Source: Octopus bimaculoides
Lineage: Eukaryota
Length of the DNA stretch: 64,000 bases
Assembly (NCBI RefSeq): GCF_001194135.2
Contig: NC_068996.1
Span: 39,313,504-39,377,503 of the forward strand
Reading direction: 5' to 3'
Shown in pieces: positions 14,345-28,310 of this stretch (position 1 is its first letter; every line of letters starts with the position of its first letter). The notes under the pieces were generated by a model. That model had not been told where the DNA came from. It did no database searches and saw only the letters and a program-made list of their open reading frames with translations. The translations under genes and the position numbers were made by a program.

Positions 14345-14678
14345 GGACCCCTTTCAGTCATGAATGACTATGGGATTGCACCTAGAAAGTTCCCCTCCGA
14401 GGCACAAGTCCAGGCAAGATTGTTTATGGAAGACCAGCAGTTACCCATGCATACTGGCCCCCCTTCTCCATGTCACTGATGTCATCCAGTGGAAAGGCAA
14501 AGGCTGATGCAACTTGGTACCTGTGATGTCGCAACTCATTTCTACAGCTGAGTGAACTGGAACAATGTGAAATAAAGAGTCTTGCTCAAGAACATGACAC
14601 ATAGCCTGGTCTGGGAATCAAACTCACTATCTAGTAATTGTGAACCCAATTCTCTAGCTACTGAGCCATGCACCTTCA
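14345..14678 (-). mobile_element. tRNA-derived SINE, family C
   Basis: Minus head GTGAAGGTGCATGGCTCAGTAG...GAGTTTGATTCCC, then TTGAGCAAGAC...CCAGTTCACTCAGCTGTAGAAATGAG. The head is shared with 29928-30250 and 15470-15720. Confidence 0.75.
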
Positions 14679-15206
14679 CTATATTAAATACANNNNNNNN
14701 NNNNNNNNNNNNNNNNNNNNNNNNNNNNNNNNNNNNNNNNNNNNNNNNNNNNNNNNNNNNNNNNNNNNNNNNNNNNNNNNNNNNNNNNNNNNNNNNNNNN
14801 NNNNNNNNNNNNNNNNNNNNNNNNNNNNNNNNNNNNNNNNNNNNNNNNNNNNNNNNNNNNNNNNNNNNNNNNNNNNNNNNNNNNNNNNNNNNNNNNNNNN
14901 NNNNNNNNNNNNNNNNNNNNNNNNNNNNNNNNNNNNNNNNNNNNNNNNNNNNNNNNNNNNNNNNNNNNNNNNNNNNNNNNNNNNNNNNNNNNNNNNNNNN
15001 NNNNNNNNNNNNNNNNNNNNNNNNNNNNNNNNNNNNNNNNNNNNNNNNNNNNNNNNNNNNNNNNNNNNNNNNNNNNNNNNNNNNNNNNNNNNNNNNNNNN
15101 NNNNNNNNNNNNNNNNNNNNNNNNNNNNNNNNNNNNNNNNNNNNNNNNNNNNNNNNNNNNNNNNNNNNNNNNNNNNNNNNNNNNNNNNNNNNNNNNNNNN
15201 NNNNNN

Positions 15207-15339
15207 TATGTATGTATGTATGTATGTATGTATGTATGTATGTATGTATGTATGTATGTATGTATGTATGTATGTATGTATGTATGTATGTATGTATGTA
15301 TGTATGTATGTATGTATGTATGTATGTATGTATGTATGT
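15207..15339. repeat. (TATG)n tetranucleotide microsatellite, about 33 units, next to a gap
   Basis: Directly visible. Confidence 0.98.
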
Positions 15340-17067
15340 CTAGTGATGGTCTACCCTTGAACAGGTCCTGTGCATGTGAACCTACAGCACCCACTTTACA
15401 ACCTGCCATACCCTTCCACAGTTAAGTACATTACAAGAACTTGGAAAATACCATGACTAGATTTGGGATGAATACTAGAATGGTTTCCCCATTGCCTTCT
15501 CCAGACAGGTGGGATTTGAACTCAGTATGTAGAGAACTGGAAGATATACTGTGAAGCATTTCTGCTGGAACATCAACAGTTCTGTCACTCTCCCACCTGC
15601 AGAGCAATATGAAATAGTGTTTTTGCTCAAAAACACAACACAGCACCCAGTCCAGGATTGAACCCACAACCTAGTGATTGTGAGTGCAACACACTAACCA
15701 TTAGGTCACATGCCTTCACACACAGACAATACACATATATACATGTCATGACAATAGCTTAGTGTTTTCACTATCTTCATTTCGTCATAGCTTTCTTAAT
15801 AATGCATACTTTTTTTAATAAAATTTCCAGCAATACATTTTGGGATATACCTGCAGTTTATTTGCACACCCCTCGCTGGCTTGGTTTCTTAATAAGGCAA
15901 ATTTTTTTAAAGACTATTTTTTAGTGTTACTTTTTGGGGGCAGTTTTAAGGTGTAGATTGTAATTATGCTTAGAAGTTTAAAAAAATATTCCTTTTCTCT
16001 CTGAACGAGAAAATGTCTAACTTTATAACTTGAAAAACTTTTGCATGATTGTTGGGTTTTTTCTTTGGCTCATGAAATTAGTCATTTAAGTTCAAAAGGA
16101 AAATGCTTCTACATATTTGGCATGCAGGCACATAGTCTGTGTGTGTGTGCACACACATGCATATTTTAACATATGTATGTCTGTTTATATATATAAATTT
16201 TTACACACAATCTTCTGACTTATTCTATATTTGCATTTATAAAATGCAATTTAAGCATGAGGGCATGGTCTAAATAAATATTTATTTATATCTCATAATA
16301 CAGCTTATACATAGTGAAAGTAATTTTATATAAATCTGATGTTAGTCCAGTATTGCATCACATGTAACAAACAATTTAACTTTGGAAATGTTTTGCTTTT
16401 CATCAAAGCAAATCGTAAATATGTCAACCACATAAAACATAGCTACACACCACTTTCACTTTTTACGTGTTAGTTTTATGCTCACATACAGAATTCACCT
16501 TTTTTTTTTTTTTGTTTAAACCTTTCCCAGTGCTTTCAGGAATTTTGTATTTGTGGTGCTTTTCTTACTTCAGACTTTGGAATGTTGAATACAAACAAAA
16601 TTATTGACTCTATATCGCTTAAAATTATTTGTTGTCTATCTCAACTTCCTTCCATTTTGTTTGTCATGTGAGTATAAGTTGAAACGGCTTTAGCTAGAGC
16701 CTGAAATTGGGTCATACAATTTAATGAATAGACCATGTCGTGCAGGGAGCTTACCTTCTATAAAAACTACTTTCAGTGTTCAGTCAATTATGGAAAGAAA
16801 CGTATTCTTACCTGTGTATGTATAAATGAAATCTAGGAAATAGTGAAGAAAAAGCTCTTTCATGTTGTGAACATGATTACAAACCAATTTTTTCATTTAA
16901 GCAAGAAGGAAAGAGAAAACTTTTTCTTGTTCTCTCTCACATTTTGATCGCTCTGTGCTAGAAATAGCAGCCAAATCTTCAAGTCACAACACGTTTAAAT
17001 AAAAGGAGTCCTCTGTTTTTCCATTCGTCACCATTTCTCCCTTTTTTGAGTACACACGGTCGTTCCT

Positions 17068-17105
<38 letters not shown>

Positions 17106-17899
17106 CATCATCATTTAATGTCAACTTTCCACACCAGCATGGGTTGAACGGTTTGTCAGGAGCTGGCCCTTCCTAACACCAAACCACCCCACGATCGGGT
17201 GGACAAGTTCAGAGCTATCTGGACACTTAGAATGCAGAACTCAATGATGAGTCTGAGAGTGACTAAACATTTAATCCATAATCATTAGTCTGACAAAAAG
17301 AATATAGATTAAAGAATTATGGACTAGTAAGGTTGGATTAAACACGTGGGCATATACACATACACTAAATTGGTTCATTGACCAGACCTGTTTTTAATTT
17401 CAACAGCAGAAATGGTTATACCGTAGAATTACAATGCAAGACTTTGCTTTATCTTTTTTTTATTTGTTTTTGTTTAGCTTGTCGATTCTTGGATATCATC
17501 AAATTTCTATAAAACCTTACTTCAGACATCTTCAATTTTCCATAACTAAAATAATTATACCTAGTTACAAAACACAGCTTAACACATCCTGCTTTTTGGT
17601 GGTGTTTGGATCTATTTTGTTTTTCAATTGTTTAGTTTGTCCATTGTCATCATTGTTTTTGTGTCTGCTTTTCCATGCTGTCATGGGTTGGATGGAACTT
17701 TTTTGGAGTAAATGTTTTACGACCAAATGCCTTTCCTGACATCAATCCTTTTAGTTCTTTTATGACATGCTGGGATAAACACACACACACACACACATAC
17801 ACACGTGCATGCACATGCACGCAAGTACTCATACAAACATAGTCATCATTAATCTTATCCTTGATTCAACCATTGCTGTATGTTATACTTTCATTTATG

Positions 17900-18230
17900 T
17901 ATCTTTTATCAGTTTCATTCTTTGGGCTGTGGCCATGCTGGAGCACTGCCTTGAAGGGTTAAGTCGAGAAATCAATCCCAGTACATCTTTTACGCTATCA
18001 GTCTCTTCCTCTGCACCACTAAATTACAGGTACACAAACAAACCAATACACACACATAGATGTAATTGTGTGTGTGTGTGTGTGTGTGTAAATGATTACC
18101 TACCAAATTCACTCACAAGGCTTTGGTTGACGTAGGCTTATAATAGAAGACACTTGCCCACAGTGCTGCTCAACAGAGCTCATCATGGAGCCATGTGGTT
18201 GGGAAGCAGGCTTAACCACACAGCTATTCC
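17900..18230 (-). mobile_element. SINE family A (decayed)
   Basis: Family A tail and head motifs. Confidence 0.8.
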
Positions 18231-19484
18231 GTGTGTCTGAAGAAAAGAAGCTGTTTTAAAATTTTAATGCAATTTTACAAAATTACAGCACGTATGCATT
18301 GTGATTGATCAAGAAGTAATTAACCAAAGTTTTCTTTGTTAAAGATATCTATGAACAGATGATTAAATGTCTAATGCTTTGAGAGGAAGGGATATCTGCT
18401 TCCTTTTCAGTCATCTACAGGAAGATGTGAGTTCTCTCTGTCTCTCATTCGTTCTTCCACACCTACACACACACAGACGTGTGATTGTGTACGTATAAAT
18501 ACATGCATACATATATACATATATATACATATATATATATCTGTGTGTGTGTGTGTGAGAGAGAGAGAATGAGTGTGAGGAAAATTAAGAAAATGCAAAA
18601 TTTTTCACCATCACACCAAAAGTGAAAAAGAAAGTGAGGGTAGTTAATAGCATGCTGAAAACATTGCACCAAGTAACTGAACAAATGAGACACTATACTT
18701 AATTGAAATATTGCAGCAAACAACTGCCTGCACTAAATGAAGATACTAAAACACGCCATTATTTATAGCTTTATCTACTTTTGAGTTCCAACATTAAAAA
18801 TGAACTAAACAAGATGTGTTGTACCAAAATGAAACACTGGCCCAAATTAAGACACTGAAACCAATTGAAATGTTGCACCAAGTAACTGCATAAAATTTAG
18901 ACACTGCACCAATTTCCATTACTAAATTAAGAGGTTTCATCAAATAACTGTACCTCACAGTTGTTCCTGATATTTAAGCATGTGTTTGCATATTTTCATT
19001 TATCTTGTCAATGTTCCTGACCATCTTGTTTGGAGGAACCATATTTGAAACAGCATATCATATGCATATCACCATATCGAACAGCATATCATAGTTATTG
19101 GTCAGTAATAATGATGATAATAATAATAATTATTTCTGGTTTAGGTGAGGATTAGCCAGTTCTGAAGAATTGACTTTGGTGATACTGTAAAACCCCACTG
19201 CTTTATTCATGCTCTATTTTATCAATCTCTGAAGGGACAAAATGCAATGTTGACCTTAGCTGGATTTGAACTTACAATGTAAAGAACGTGAAGAACTGGA
19301 ACAAATGTTGCAAAGCATTTTTTCTAACGCTCTATTAATTCTGCCAGTTTGCTGGCTTAGTAGTAATAATAATAATAATAATAATAATAATGGAAGTGCT
19401 ATCATGTACATTGTTTTGTCAAGGCAGACGAAATATTGCTGAACATTTTACCTGGCGTGCTAACGATTCTGCCAGCTCACCACC

Positions 19485-19516
<32 letters not shown>

Positions 19517-19554
19517 CTTTGATGGCATGCACTGCTCTCTCACTCCTCAATGCT

Positions 19555-19785
19555 AATGGTTTCAAATTTTGCAACAAGGGCAGCCATTTTTTTTTTGGTG
19601 GAGGAGGGGGGATGTTTTGATTACATTGACTCCAGTGTTCCACTGGTACTTAATTTATCGACTCCGAAAGGATGAAAGGTAAAGTCGACCTTAGCGGAAT
19701 TTGAACTCAGAATGTAACACCAGGCGAAATACTGCTAAGCATTTTTAGCCCAGTGTGCTAACGAGTCTGCCAGAATGCCACCTTT
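19555..19785 (-). mobile_element. SINE family D (homologous copies at 9400-9595 and 19190-19340)
   Basis: Shared motif ATCGACCCCGAAAGGATGAAAGGTAAAGTCGACCT..GGAATTTGAACTCAG, flanked by (AAT)n. From memory it resembles the Sauria/Nin-type SINE central domain (unverified). Confidence 0.7.
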
Positions 19786-20469
19786 CTCACTCAATAATAA
19801 TAATAATGGTGATAATGATGATGATTTTGTAGCAGATCTTTTCCAACCATTGTCAATATGGAATATAGACATTACTAAGACAGTATTGAAGCTAACAATA
19901 ATGACATAAACAATGACTATGATGACGATTATAAGAGGGAAGATAACGATGATTATTAGGTGTCTATTATATTAATCTTACATTGAAAAATGTAGCTTTG
20001 AATGTCCATAGTCAGATGCAAGCTGTCTTGTGTTTTCTTGATTTTTGTCACAAAATTTGTTTGTTTACTTCGTCCATCTGTGACTGTATTGATGTATGTG
20101 TATATATAGAGAGGATGAGGGGCAAGAAAGACGAGAAGACAAGGTAAATTTACAATCAGAATTATTAAAGTTGGTGCTCGGAGAAATGGGAAGAATATGT
20201 TCAATGTTTCAAACATTGTACTTCTTCAGAATATGGATGTAAAATGGAAAGAGAAAAGAAGGTAGAAATAACTAAAGAGAAAAATCCTGGCTAAATAGTG
20301 TTGGTTAGTTTATATGGTAGCCATTTAGTGACCAAATAAGTTGCCCAAGATTTGTATTCCAAGACAGGAGATGTGGGAGTGAGATGAATTGTGTGTTTGC
20401 ATATGTGTGTGTAGTGTTTTAAGTACTAAGTACTAGCTGATGTATATACATCTGTTATATTGTGTTGTT

Positions 20470-20506
<37 letters not shown>

Positions 20507-20814
20507 TTTTTCATTCATATTTTTTATTATTACGTTTGTAGAAATAAATAATCTTGTATTTTTCTATTATTCAATTGATCTTTAATCATAATTAAATAAA
20601 CGTCTTTAGCTTTAAATAGTATAGCTTTAACTATTACACCGGTTAAATATGTACTAATTTTATCTTCATTATTATTTTAAACTTANNNNNNNNNNNNNNN
20701 NNNNNNNNNNNNNNNNNNNNNNNNNNNNNNNNNNNNNNNNNNNNNNNNNNNNNNNNNNNNNNNNNNNNNNNNNNNNNNNNNNCTGATGTATATACATCTG
20801 TTATATTGTGTTGT

Positions 20815-20877
<63 letters not shown>

Positions 20878-21369
20878 GTATGTATTTAAGAATAACATAA
20901 CCTGAGGATGGAAGATAATGAGAGGAGCTCCAGTATGTATCCAGCCCTGGAATGAATCCTACAATAGGATAACATCTGGTAGGCCAACAACGAGCTCTTA
21001 AATACATGTTATGACGTTTTTTGCCCACATTATATGTGTGTGTGTGTGAGTGCTTTTGCACGTGCATCCTGTATATAGAAGCAGGAATCCTTATTCCTGC
21101 TTCTGGCGGAAGTGTTCTGCGCACATACAACCACAATCTCTCATCTACACACACTTGCGCATACAAGCTCCTATGCACACATGCTCCTTCGACCCTCACC
21201 CAAATGCGCTGATGCCACCAATTTCCTGTCCAACCATGCAGCCAAACTCCTTTTCTCAAGTATCTGCTGTCGCTTGCTTACAAAAACTGTGTCATCACTT
21301 GATCTTCTTTGAACAATTGCAGCCTCTGTGCTGGTAGCCATTTTGGACTTCCTGCACCTCCCCATTCAT

Positions 21370-21441
21370 TTGGATTTCCACTGGCCTGAGGAAAGGCTCT
21401 CGTTAGGGGCTTTGAAACTTTAAGTTACACAAATCCCAAAT
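21370..21441 (+). ncRNA. Hammerhead-like relic
   Basis: CUGAGGA-AAGGCUCU-cguua-GGGGCUUU-GAAA-CUUUAAGU-U. The core is intact, stem II is 8 bp (3 GU pairs) and helix III is ACUU/AAGU. Proximal helix I does not pair. Confidence 0.4.
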
Positions 21442-22130
21442 CAAACTGTTTTGAACTATATATATATACATATATATATTATGAAACCAGTGGTTTGCCG
21501 TTAGGTTAAAAGTTTTTAGGAGGTTAGCTTTGAAAGTTACATTCCCTCGCGATCGGTAAAAATGTGCTTATTTTGGTAGTTTTGACTTATGAAGTCCCTC
21601 TAAGCGTGAGGCATTATTGTATAGTAATGCCCTTATATAAATTAAATTATATATATAACAGTTCAACCACATCTAAGTCATATGCAACTGTGTCAAACAG
21701 TTATTAATTACATGTATCTCAAACTAAATGTGTTGAATGCTATTTTTTCATTTCTTTGCCTCTGTCTGTGTGTGTGTGTGTGTGTGTGTGTGATACAAAA
21801 AAGATATTAGCAAGTTAATGTTTTATCAATTTTGAATTTAAAAGATAAGCTGCTGCTGATTTTGACCCAGGAGATAACCCCCATATTACCATGAAAATTT
21901 CTTTGAAAACCCGGCTGAAGGTAATGCTATTGAAATGGCAGCATGGGGATATTGCATCATGTAAGAAGTATAACACATATTTTTAGTTTATGTAAATAGT
22001 TCTCGAGTTATCTGTTTACATAAAATGCCCTCCTTCTTTTAAATCTACATCGTCATCAGTTACAGTATGTAACCTTTTTAAGAGTGTATTTTCACACTTT
22101 TGGCCAGAATTGTGTGTGTGTATATGTGAG

Positions 22131-22161
<31 letters not shown>

Positions 22162-23114
22162 GTACTCACATATATATTTATAGGTGTGTGTGTTTTAATA
22201 ATGACACCAAGTTATAGTTGAGAATAGCATATCCATGTATCAACAGTATATATGGACATTAACATTTATATTAGTGTGTGTGTATGTATGTACAATATAT
22301 ATACACACACACACTCATATATATATATATTAAAGCTGCTTCAGAGACTCGAGTTTTGTGCCAAGGTACTTGTCAAACTGGTTTAGTTAGAAAGTTACAT
22401 GAAATTTCTGGAGGAAAACTTTTGGCCCAGAAAACATTAAAAATGTCACCTGATAATGCGGAAGTTTGAATTTTATTTGCTATCAGTGATTGGACTGCAT
22501 ATAAATGAGCATATGTATATAGCTACTTAAATGAAAACAAGTAGAGCATGCGTATTCATACAAATGTATATACATATATACAAGTGTGTGTGTGTGTATG
22601 ATGCACACAGATGTAAGTGGCCAACTGGCAGTTAAGTTAAGTTGCCTTGTAGTCATTCCAGGTCCCTGGACTTTTAGTTCACATCCCACTGTGATCAAAG
22701 TAGCAGCCCTCTACTGAGGTGATTCTTTTTTATTCCTCTTGCTCAGTCTTCCTCTCTTCTGGAAGAAATCAATTATGGTAAGACCTGGTGAGGGACAGGC
22801 CTTCGGCTCTAAAATGCTGAACATATGCTTGTTGCACTGATGTCTTTACAATTCCATCAAGGAGGCAAGGCAGTGTATGTGTGTTTGTGTCATTTGTTCA
22901 TTTATCTATGTCTGCTTTTCTATGCAGGTATGGGTCGGGTGAACATTTATTGAAGTAGTAGTTTACAGCCAGATGCTTTTCTTGTCACCGACCCATAACC
23001 CATTTTTGAAGTAAGCACTTCTTCATTTTCAATACGCAGGTCTTCTTGTATTTAGAGAAACACATGACATTGTTTGCAGGCATATTTACTTTGTAAACAT
23101 CATAACTTTTGTAT

Positions 23115-23163
<49 letters not shown>

Positions 23164-23392
23164 TGTGTGTCTTGGGTCTGTCATGACCATACAAATTCAT
23201 TGTGCCCAGCTTATTCCAGTTTCCACGGCACATAAGCAATTGAGAATATGACACTACCTGCTACTATTTGTATTCATTCATGCATGAGTGGAGTAATGGG
23301 AAATGAACTACATGCTGCCCAGTCTTGGGATTGAAACCATGTGTTAATAATTTGCGAGTCCACTGCTCTAACTACTAGTTCTTGTGCCTTTA

Positions 23393-23423
<31 letters not shown>

Positions 23424-24949
23424 GTACATGTGTCTGTGTATATTATGTGTGTATATATGTACACGTCATTATTTCACATCTACTTTCTATGCTGGCATGG
23501 TTTGAATAATTTGACAAGATCCAACAAGTCGGATGACCCTATCTACTTCACCATCTTAGTTTTGACCTAGTTTCCATGGCTCGATGCTTTCCAAATGCTG
23601 ACTGCTTTTTTATGGCATCAGAAATTATGAGGTTACCCTGTAACTTGCAATACTAAAATATCTTGATGCAGAAAAGGAAGTGGCTTTAGGTAAGGAGTTG
23701 AAAGGTTAAAAGTATGGTAAAAAGTACAATAACAGGTTTGTTGTCATGAAGACTCTTCATGGCTACCCTGCATTATACAAGGCTGGGTCTAAATTGGGTG
23801 GAGCTGGGGTAATGAGAAAGCTGAATGTGATGAGGCACCAGCGCATACCTTCAAGACACAAGGTGAATGAAACAGAGCATTTGTCTCTGTCTACCTCACT
23901 ATTCCACCATCACATCACCTTCAGTCTGACTGGAACCTTGCACCAGCCACAAATTTAATCCATAACCTTCAAGTTGTCCAGTGGGAACATTTCGTATTTA
24001 TATTTCATAAGTTTATTTTTCTGTACTGGCATGAGTTGAGTAAATACTTATTTGAAGCAATATTTTATAACTGACTTCTTACAGTCACCAATCATTATTC
24101 ATTTTCAAGTAGCGGACTGTTTTTTTTTTATTCCACCAAATGACTACAAGATAAATCGTTTACAGGGAATATCAAATGTTATCAGCTTTTTGTTTTTACT
24201 CAGATGTTCTCATGTGAAGAAGTGTAAATAATATTTGTATACATATGCAATGGCTTTCCATATTCTAATTCCACTCATAAACCCTTGCGCTATTGTAGTT
24301 GGAGTGAACCTGTGATCATGTAGTTGTGAAACAGACTTTTTAACCCCATAGCCATTGTTCTTTCGTTCTCCTGAGCTTCCTTGTCCTACTGGTGACCCAC
24401 AGGTGCTGGTGCCATGTGAAAAAACAACCATGTTGGTGTCATATAAAAAGGTACCCATACCAGTGTTACATAATAAGCACCCATGTCAATGCTACATTAT
24501 AAACACTCGGTACACTCTGTAAAGTGGTTGGCATTAGGCAGGACATCCAGCTGTAGAAATCAGGCTGAGATAGATGACTGGAACCTGGTGCAGGCCTTTG
24601 TCTTGTCACTTCCACTCAAACTGTCCAACCCATACCAGCATGGAAAATGGACATTAAATGACGACGATGATGATGATAAAATTTTTAATCCAGAAAAATA
24701 TATTAAATCTCCAGGACAGAAGTGGTAACTGCCAGTTTTATATCTGTATTTCTATGGAAATTATTTTGGCATTTTGTCAAGGTGAAAAATTTATCCATGT
24801 TGGGCTGGAATTAGATCAAAAACAGTATTGCATCTATCTGGAAATTGTCTCCCTCTCTTTCAAAACAGACTGTGTATGCTGGAAACTTGGAGTTACAAAA
24901 AAGAAGTATTTTAATATGTAAATTAAAATGCATGAAACGACGACTTCAT

Positions 24950-25760
24950 TGGCAATCTACACATGTCTACTCGCCAAGTTGACATCTCAATTTATTAATA
25001 TGCAGTTTCTCAGCTTTTGAAAAACTCCTTCTAACTGCCACTTATATGTAGCCATCTGGCCTAAGTTGGACAGGTTGTAATCTACCCTTAGTTCCTTGGT
25101 AACCATCAGATTACAGAGCCTAGTACACTGTCAAAAGCTGTCTCAAATTGATGAATGCTAAGTATAGGAGCATATTCCTAGTGAAGTACCTCTGTACTTG
25201 GAAGATGGCATTGGTAGTACATCTTGCTGATACAAATCTAAACATCATTTCATCTAAGTTTATGCTGTGTCAGTATTACCATGATTTACTTAGACTAGTC
25301 TAATAATTTGATGCCTCTATAATTGTCTCTGTCTCTCTAATGCATCTCTTTCACCCTTATAGCAGTTGACAATCATGCTGCTGTGCCAGTCATTGGGTAT
25401 GATACTTTCCTGTTCTATCTAATTGGTTGTGTGAATGACTAGCATGTGCCCTATTTTGACAGATATTTTAAACAGTCAACAACTCTCCCCCATGGATCAA
25501 CTTCCTACATATATCTTAAAATTGCACTTGTGACTACACTGTTGACAACTTGGATAGCTAATTCCTTGTGAGTTTTACTTACAGTAGACCCTTTTTCTTC
25601 CATGCATTCTCTTCACTCAACAACTCATATCTCGTAGGCCACCTTCTTTTCATTACTGCTAAGTGTGATATTATCATTCTATATACACTTCTAACAGTTG
25701 GCATCTTGATTTTTCCCTCATACACTTTTTTTCAATCCAAAGTACTTGATGCATCTGTGT
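24950..25760 (-). mobile_element. Highly decayed non-LTR RT fragment
   Basis: Minus strand LYLAFIN..AFDSV at about 25100-25150 resembles the RT motif LYLAFIDLEKAFDRV. Confidence 0.5.
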
Positions 25761-25793
25761 ACCACTATTTTGGGGCAATGAAATATAACAAAA

Positions 25794-25837
<44 letters not shown>

Positions 25838-25849
25838 TCTGTTATTCTT

Positions 25850-26170
25850 TTATATGTTTCAGTCATTTGACTGTGGCCATACTGGAGCACTGCCTTAAAA
25901 GGTTTTAGTCAATGAAATCAACTCCAGGACTTGTCCTTTGTAAGCCTAGGACTTATTCTATTGGCCTCTTTTCCCAAACTGCTAAGTTATGGGGATGTAA
26001 ACTCCCCAACAGTTGTCAAGCAATGGTGGGGACACACACACACACACATATATACATGATGGGCTTTTTTCAGTTTCCGCCTACTTCGGCCCTAGGTGAT
26101 AGTAGAATACAGTTGTCCAAGGTGCCATGCAGTGGGACTGAACCATGTGGTTGAAGAGCAACCACATACA
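25850..26170 (-). mobile_element. SINE family A (decayed)
   Basis: Family A tail and head motifs. Confidence 0.8.
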
Positions 26171-26197
26171 CATCTATAAGTGTGGGCTTTTCTTTAA

Positions 26198-26410
26198 CCC
26201 TTTAGTATTCAGATTTTTCTGTTAGATGTAAGACTCATTCGCATAGTTTTAAACTAATTATGCATTATTTTGTAGCTTCAAGATTTTGATGATGTGGTTG
26301 TTTATTTTTAGAATGACATTGTAGGGTGGGTGTGAGAGGCCAGATTTGGCTGTGATCATAAAACAAAGAGAATATTTGGGCTGGATATAGCTAGTTTAAA
26401 TGTTAAAGGG
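26198..26410. mobile_element. piggyBac-type MITE, second copy
   Basis: TTAA|CCCTTTAGTATT ... AATGTTAAAGGG|TTAA. Confidence 0.8.
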
Positions 26411-27515
26411 TTAAGGTAATCTTTTCAGAAAAGTGCTGCAATTTAAACTGAAACTAGCAATAATAGAAATTACAAAAACCAATAATGCTTAAAAATAAGT
26501 GAATCTTATACCATACACTAACTTTATTTTGTTTTCTAAATGGTTTCGAATGTCAGAGATTGTGTGTTAAGGAATATTGCATCTTATATTTTAATTGTTT
26601 GACTCTTGTAGAACAATCACATATTTACCCACATTCATCAACTTTTCCCTTGAAAACTTTCTTACTTTTTTTTTGTAAATGACTCATTCCTTTTGTAAAT
26701 CAATGTCTTGCTTCCAACAATGCTAGCTTAATAAGTTAACTGATTATTTTTAATGATGTTGATGAGAAATAAAAACGCACTATGACAATAAACTATTTTG
26801 AATCATTTACTTGTTTTGGTCTAGTAAGAATTTTTCCCTACCATTCACCACTACCACTCCAAAACAGACTATGAATTTTTCAGTTTTGATAAATTGAGAT
26901 TCTGTGTTACTTGTCATTACATCTTACACATTTAGCTTGTCTTGGTCTCTTGTCTCAACAATTGTCATGGACAGAATTATGTCTCTGTAAATATTTCTTC
27001 TGGAAACTTTCAAATAAAATTTATTTTTGTTGAGTTTTTGTAAAATGTGTCCATTGAAACACTTCCATCTTTGGCTGTAAGAGTGCACCTGTTGTATAAA
27101 ATTGACACATAATTGCTCTTTTTATTTCTAGCTCAACTTGATTTTGATGACGTACATACTCAGTTTTATCACTTGTCACAGAACAACTATTAAGTGAGGA
27201 TTTTTTTAAAACTCCCAGCATTTTACTTTTATGCATTTCTTGAGCAATTTTTGGGTGTTTTGAACATCGGACATTTAGGTTCTAGTAATGTTTTTTTTAT
27301 TATGCAATATTTATGGCTTAATAAAATGTCAATTGTTAAATAAAATAATTGGAAATATTTCCCTCTAAGATTTCAATTAAAATTTTTATATTAAACAGTT
27401 TTAACATATTAGGCAACATATTGACTGATTAGTCACTGATGAAATTCTTTTGTGTTATTACCTACTATAAGCAGGTTGGAACAAATAAAGTTTTAAGAAG
27501 TTTGTTCTTGCTGCA

Positions 27516-27562
<47 letters not shown>

Positions 27563-28059
27563 CAAACAGAAGTATGTAGCAATATATAAACTGAAACATT
27601 TTATCATTTTATTGATTCCATTTTTATCTTTTTTTTTTTTTGTTGTATAGTTTTGATCTGTGTGTAAGATAGTAAACAACTTTGCGCAATCCAATCTTTG
27701 GATATAGATACAACTTATCTGAATATTACTTTGGAAAAATGGGTAACATTTAGTTTCCAAGCATCCATAAATTCCAGATTTAAAAATCTGGTGGGATAGA
27801 ATACATTTTTACTCACCAAGGCCTTTTCCCCATAAGAGGGGGTAGCCACAACAAAATACATACCAGACATTTCATTCATTTCCCATCTCAAAGAGGTGAA
27901 CCCTGTCCTATGCTCGGGTCAAGGCATAGAATGCAACCCCCAATATCAGCAACAGGGCCCTGACAACTTAAGCTGGTTTACCCCTGCCACATCATGCTGG
28001 TTTCGTACCCCTTTGAGCAACATCAAATTTACTCATCTGGCCACAAACACTCTCCAAGC

Positions 28060-28310
28060 TTTCCTATCATTTATAAACTCTCTTGCCTCTCTCACTTCAA
28101 CACCTAACCACTGAAGCTTTCCTCATTCCATCCATCCACACAAACTGAGGTCCGCTTCTGGTTCTGCTGCCTACCACTTCTGCCTTCATCACCCTCCTAA
28201 CCATCCACTCCTCATCCATCCTATTCATGTGGCCAAACCCCCTCGACATTCATCTATCTATTCTGGTACATAGATTTACTCTCATTCCTGAATTAATACT
28301 GTATTTTTTA
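28060..28310 (-). mobile_element. RTE LINE 3' coding fragment
   Basis: Minus strand GFGHMNRMDEEWMVRRVMKAEVVGSRTRSGPQFVWMDGM resembles the RTE C-terminus WFGHxxRM...GRPxxRWxD. Confidence 0.65.

Noticed and set aside
14582-15409. ORFs over 200 aa spanning N gaps (also at 36836, 44226 and 51851)
   Set aside because: They stay open only because N runs contain no stop codons.
17243-17270. ATGATGAGTC-TGAGAGT-GACTAAAC, resembling a hammerhead
   Set aside because: Two core positions differ (C3A and G12U), and no helix I or III pairing is visible.
20096-20143. Candidate UBL3 exon 1, MCIYREDEGQERREDK|gtaaat (phase 0, ends in DK)
   Set aside because: Apart from the final DK it does not resemble UBL3 N-termini, the ATG lies in a TA/TG tract, and the donor is only moderate.
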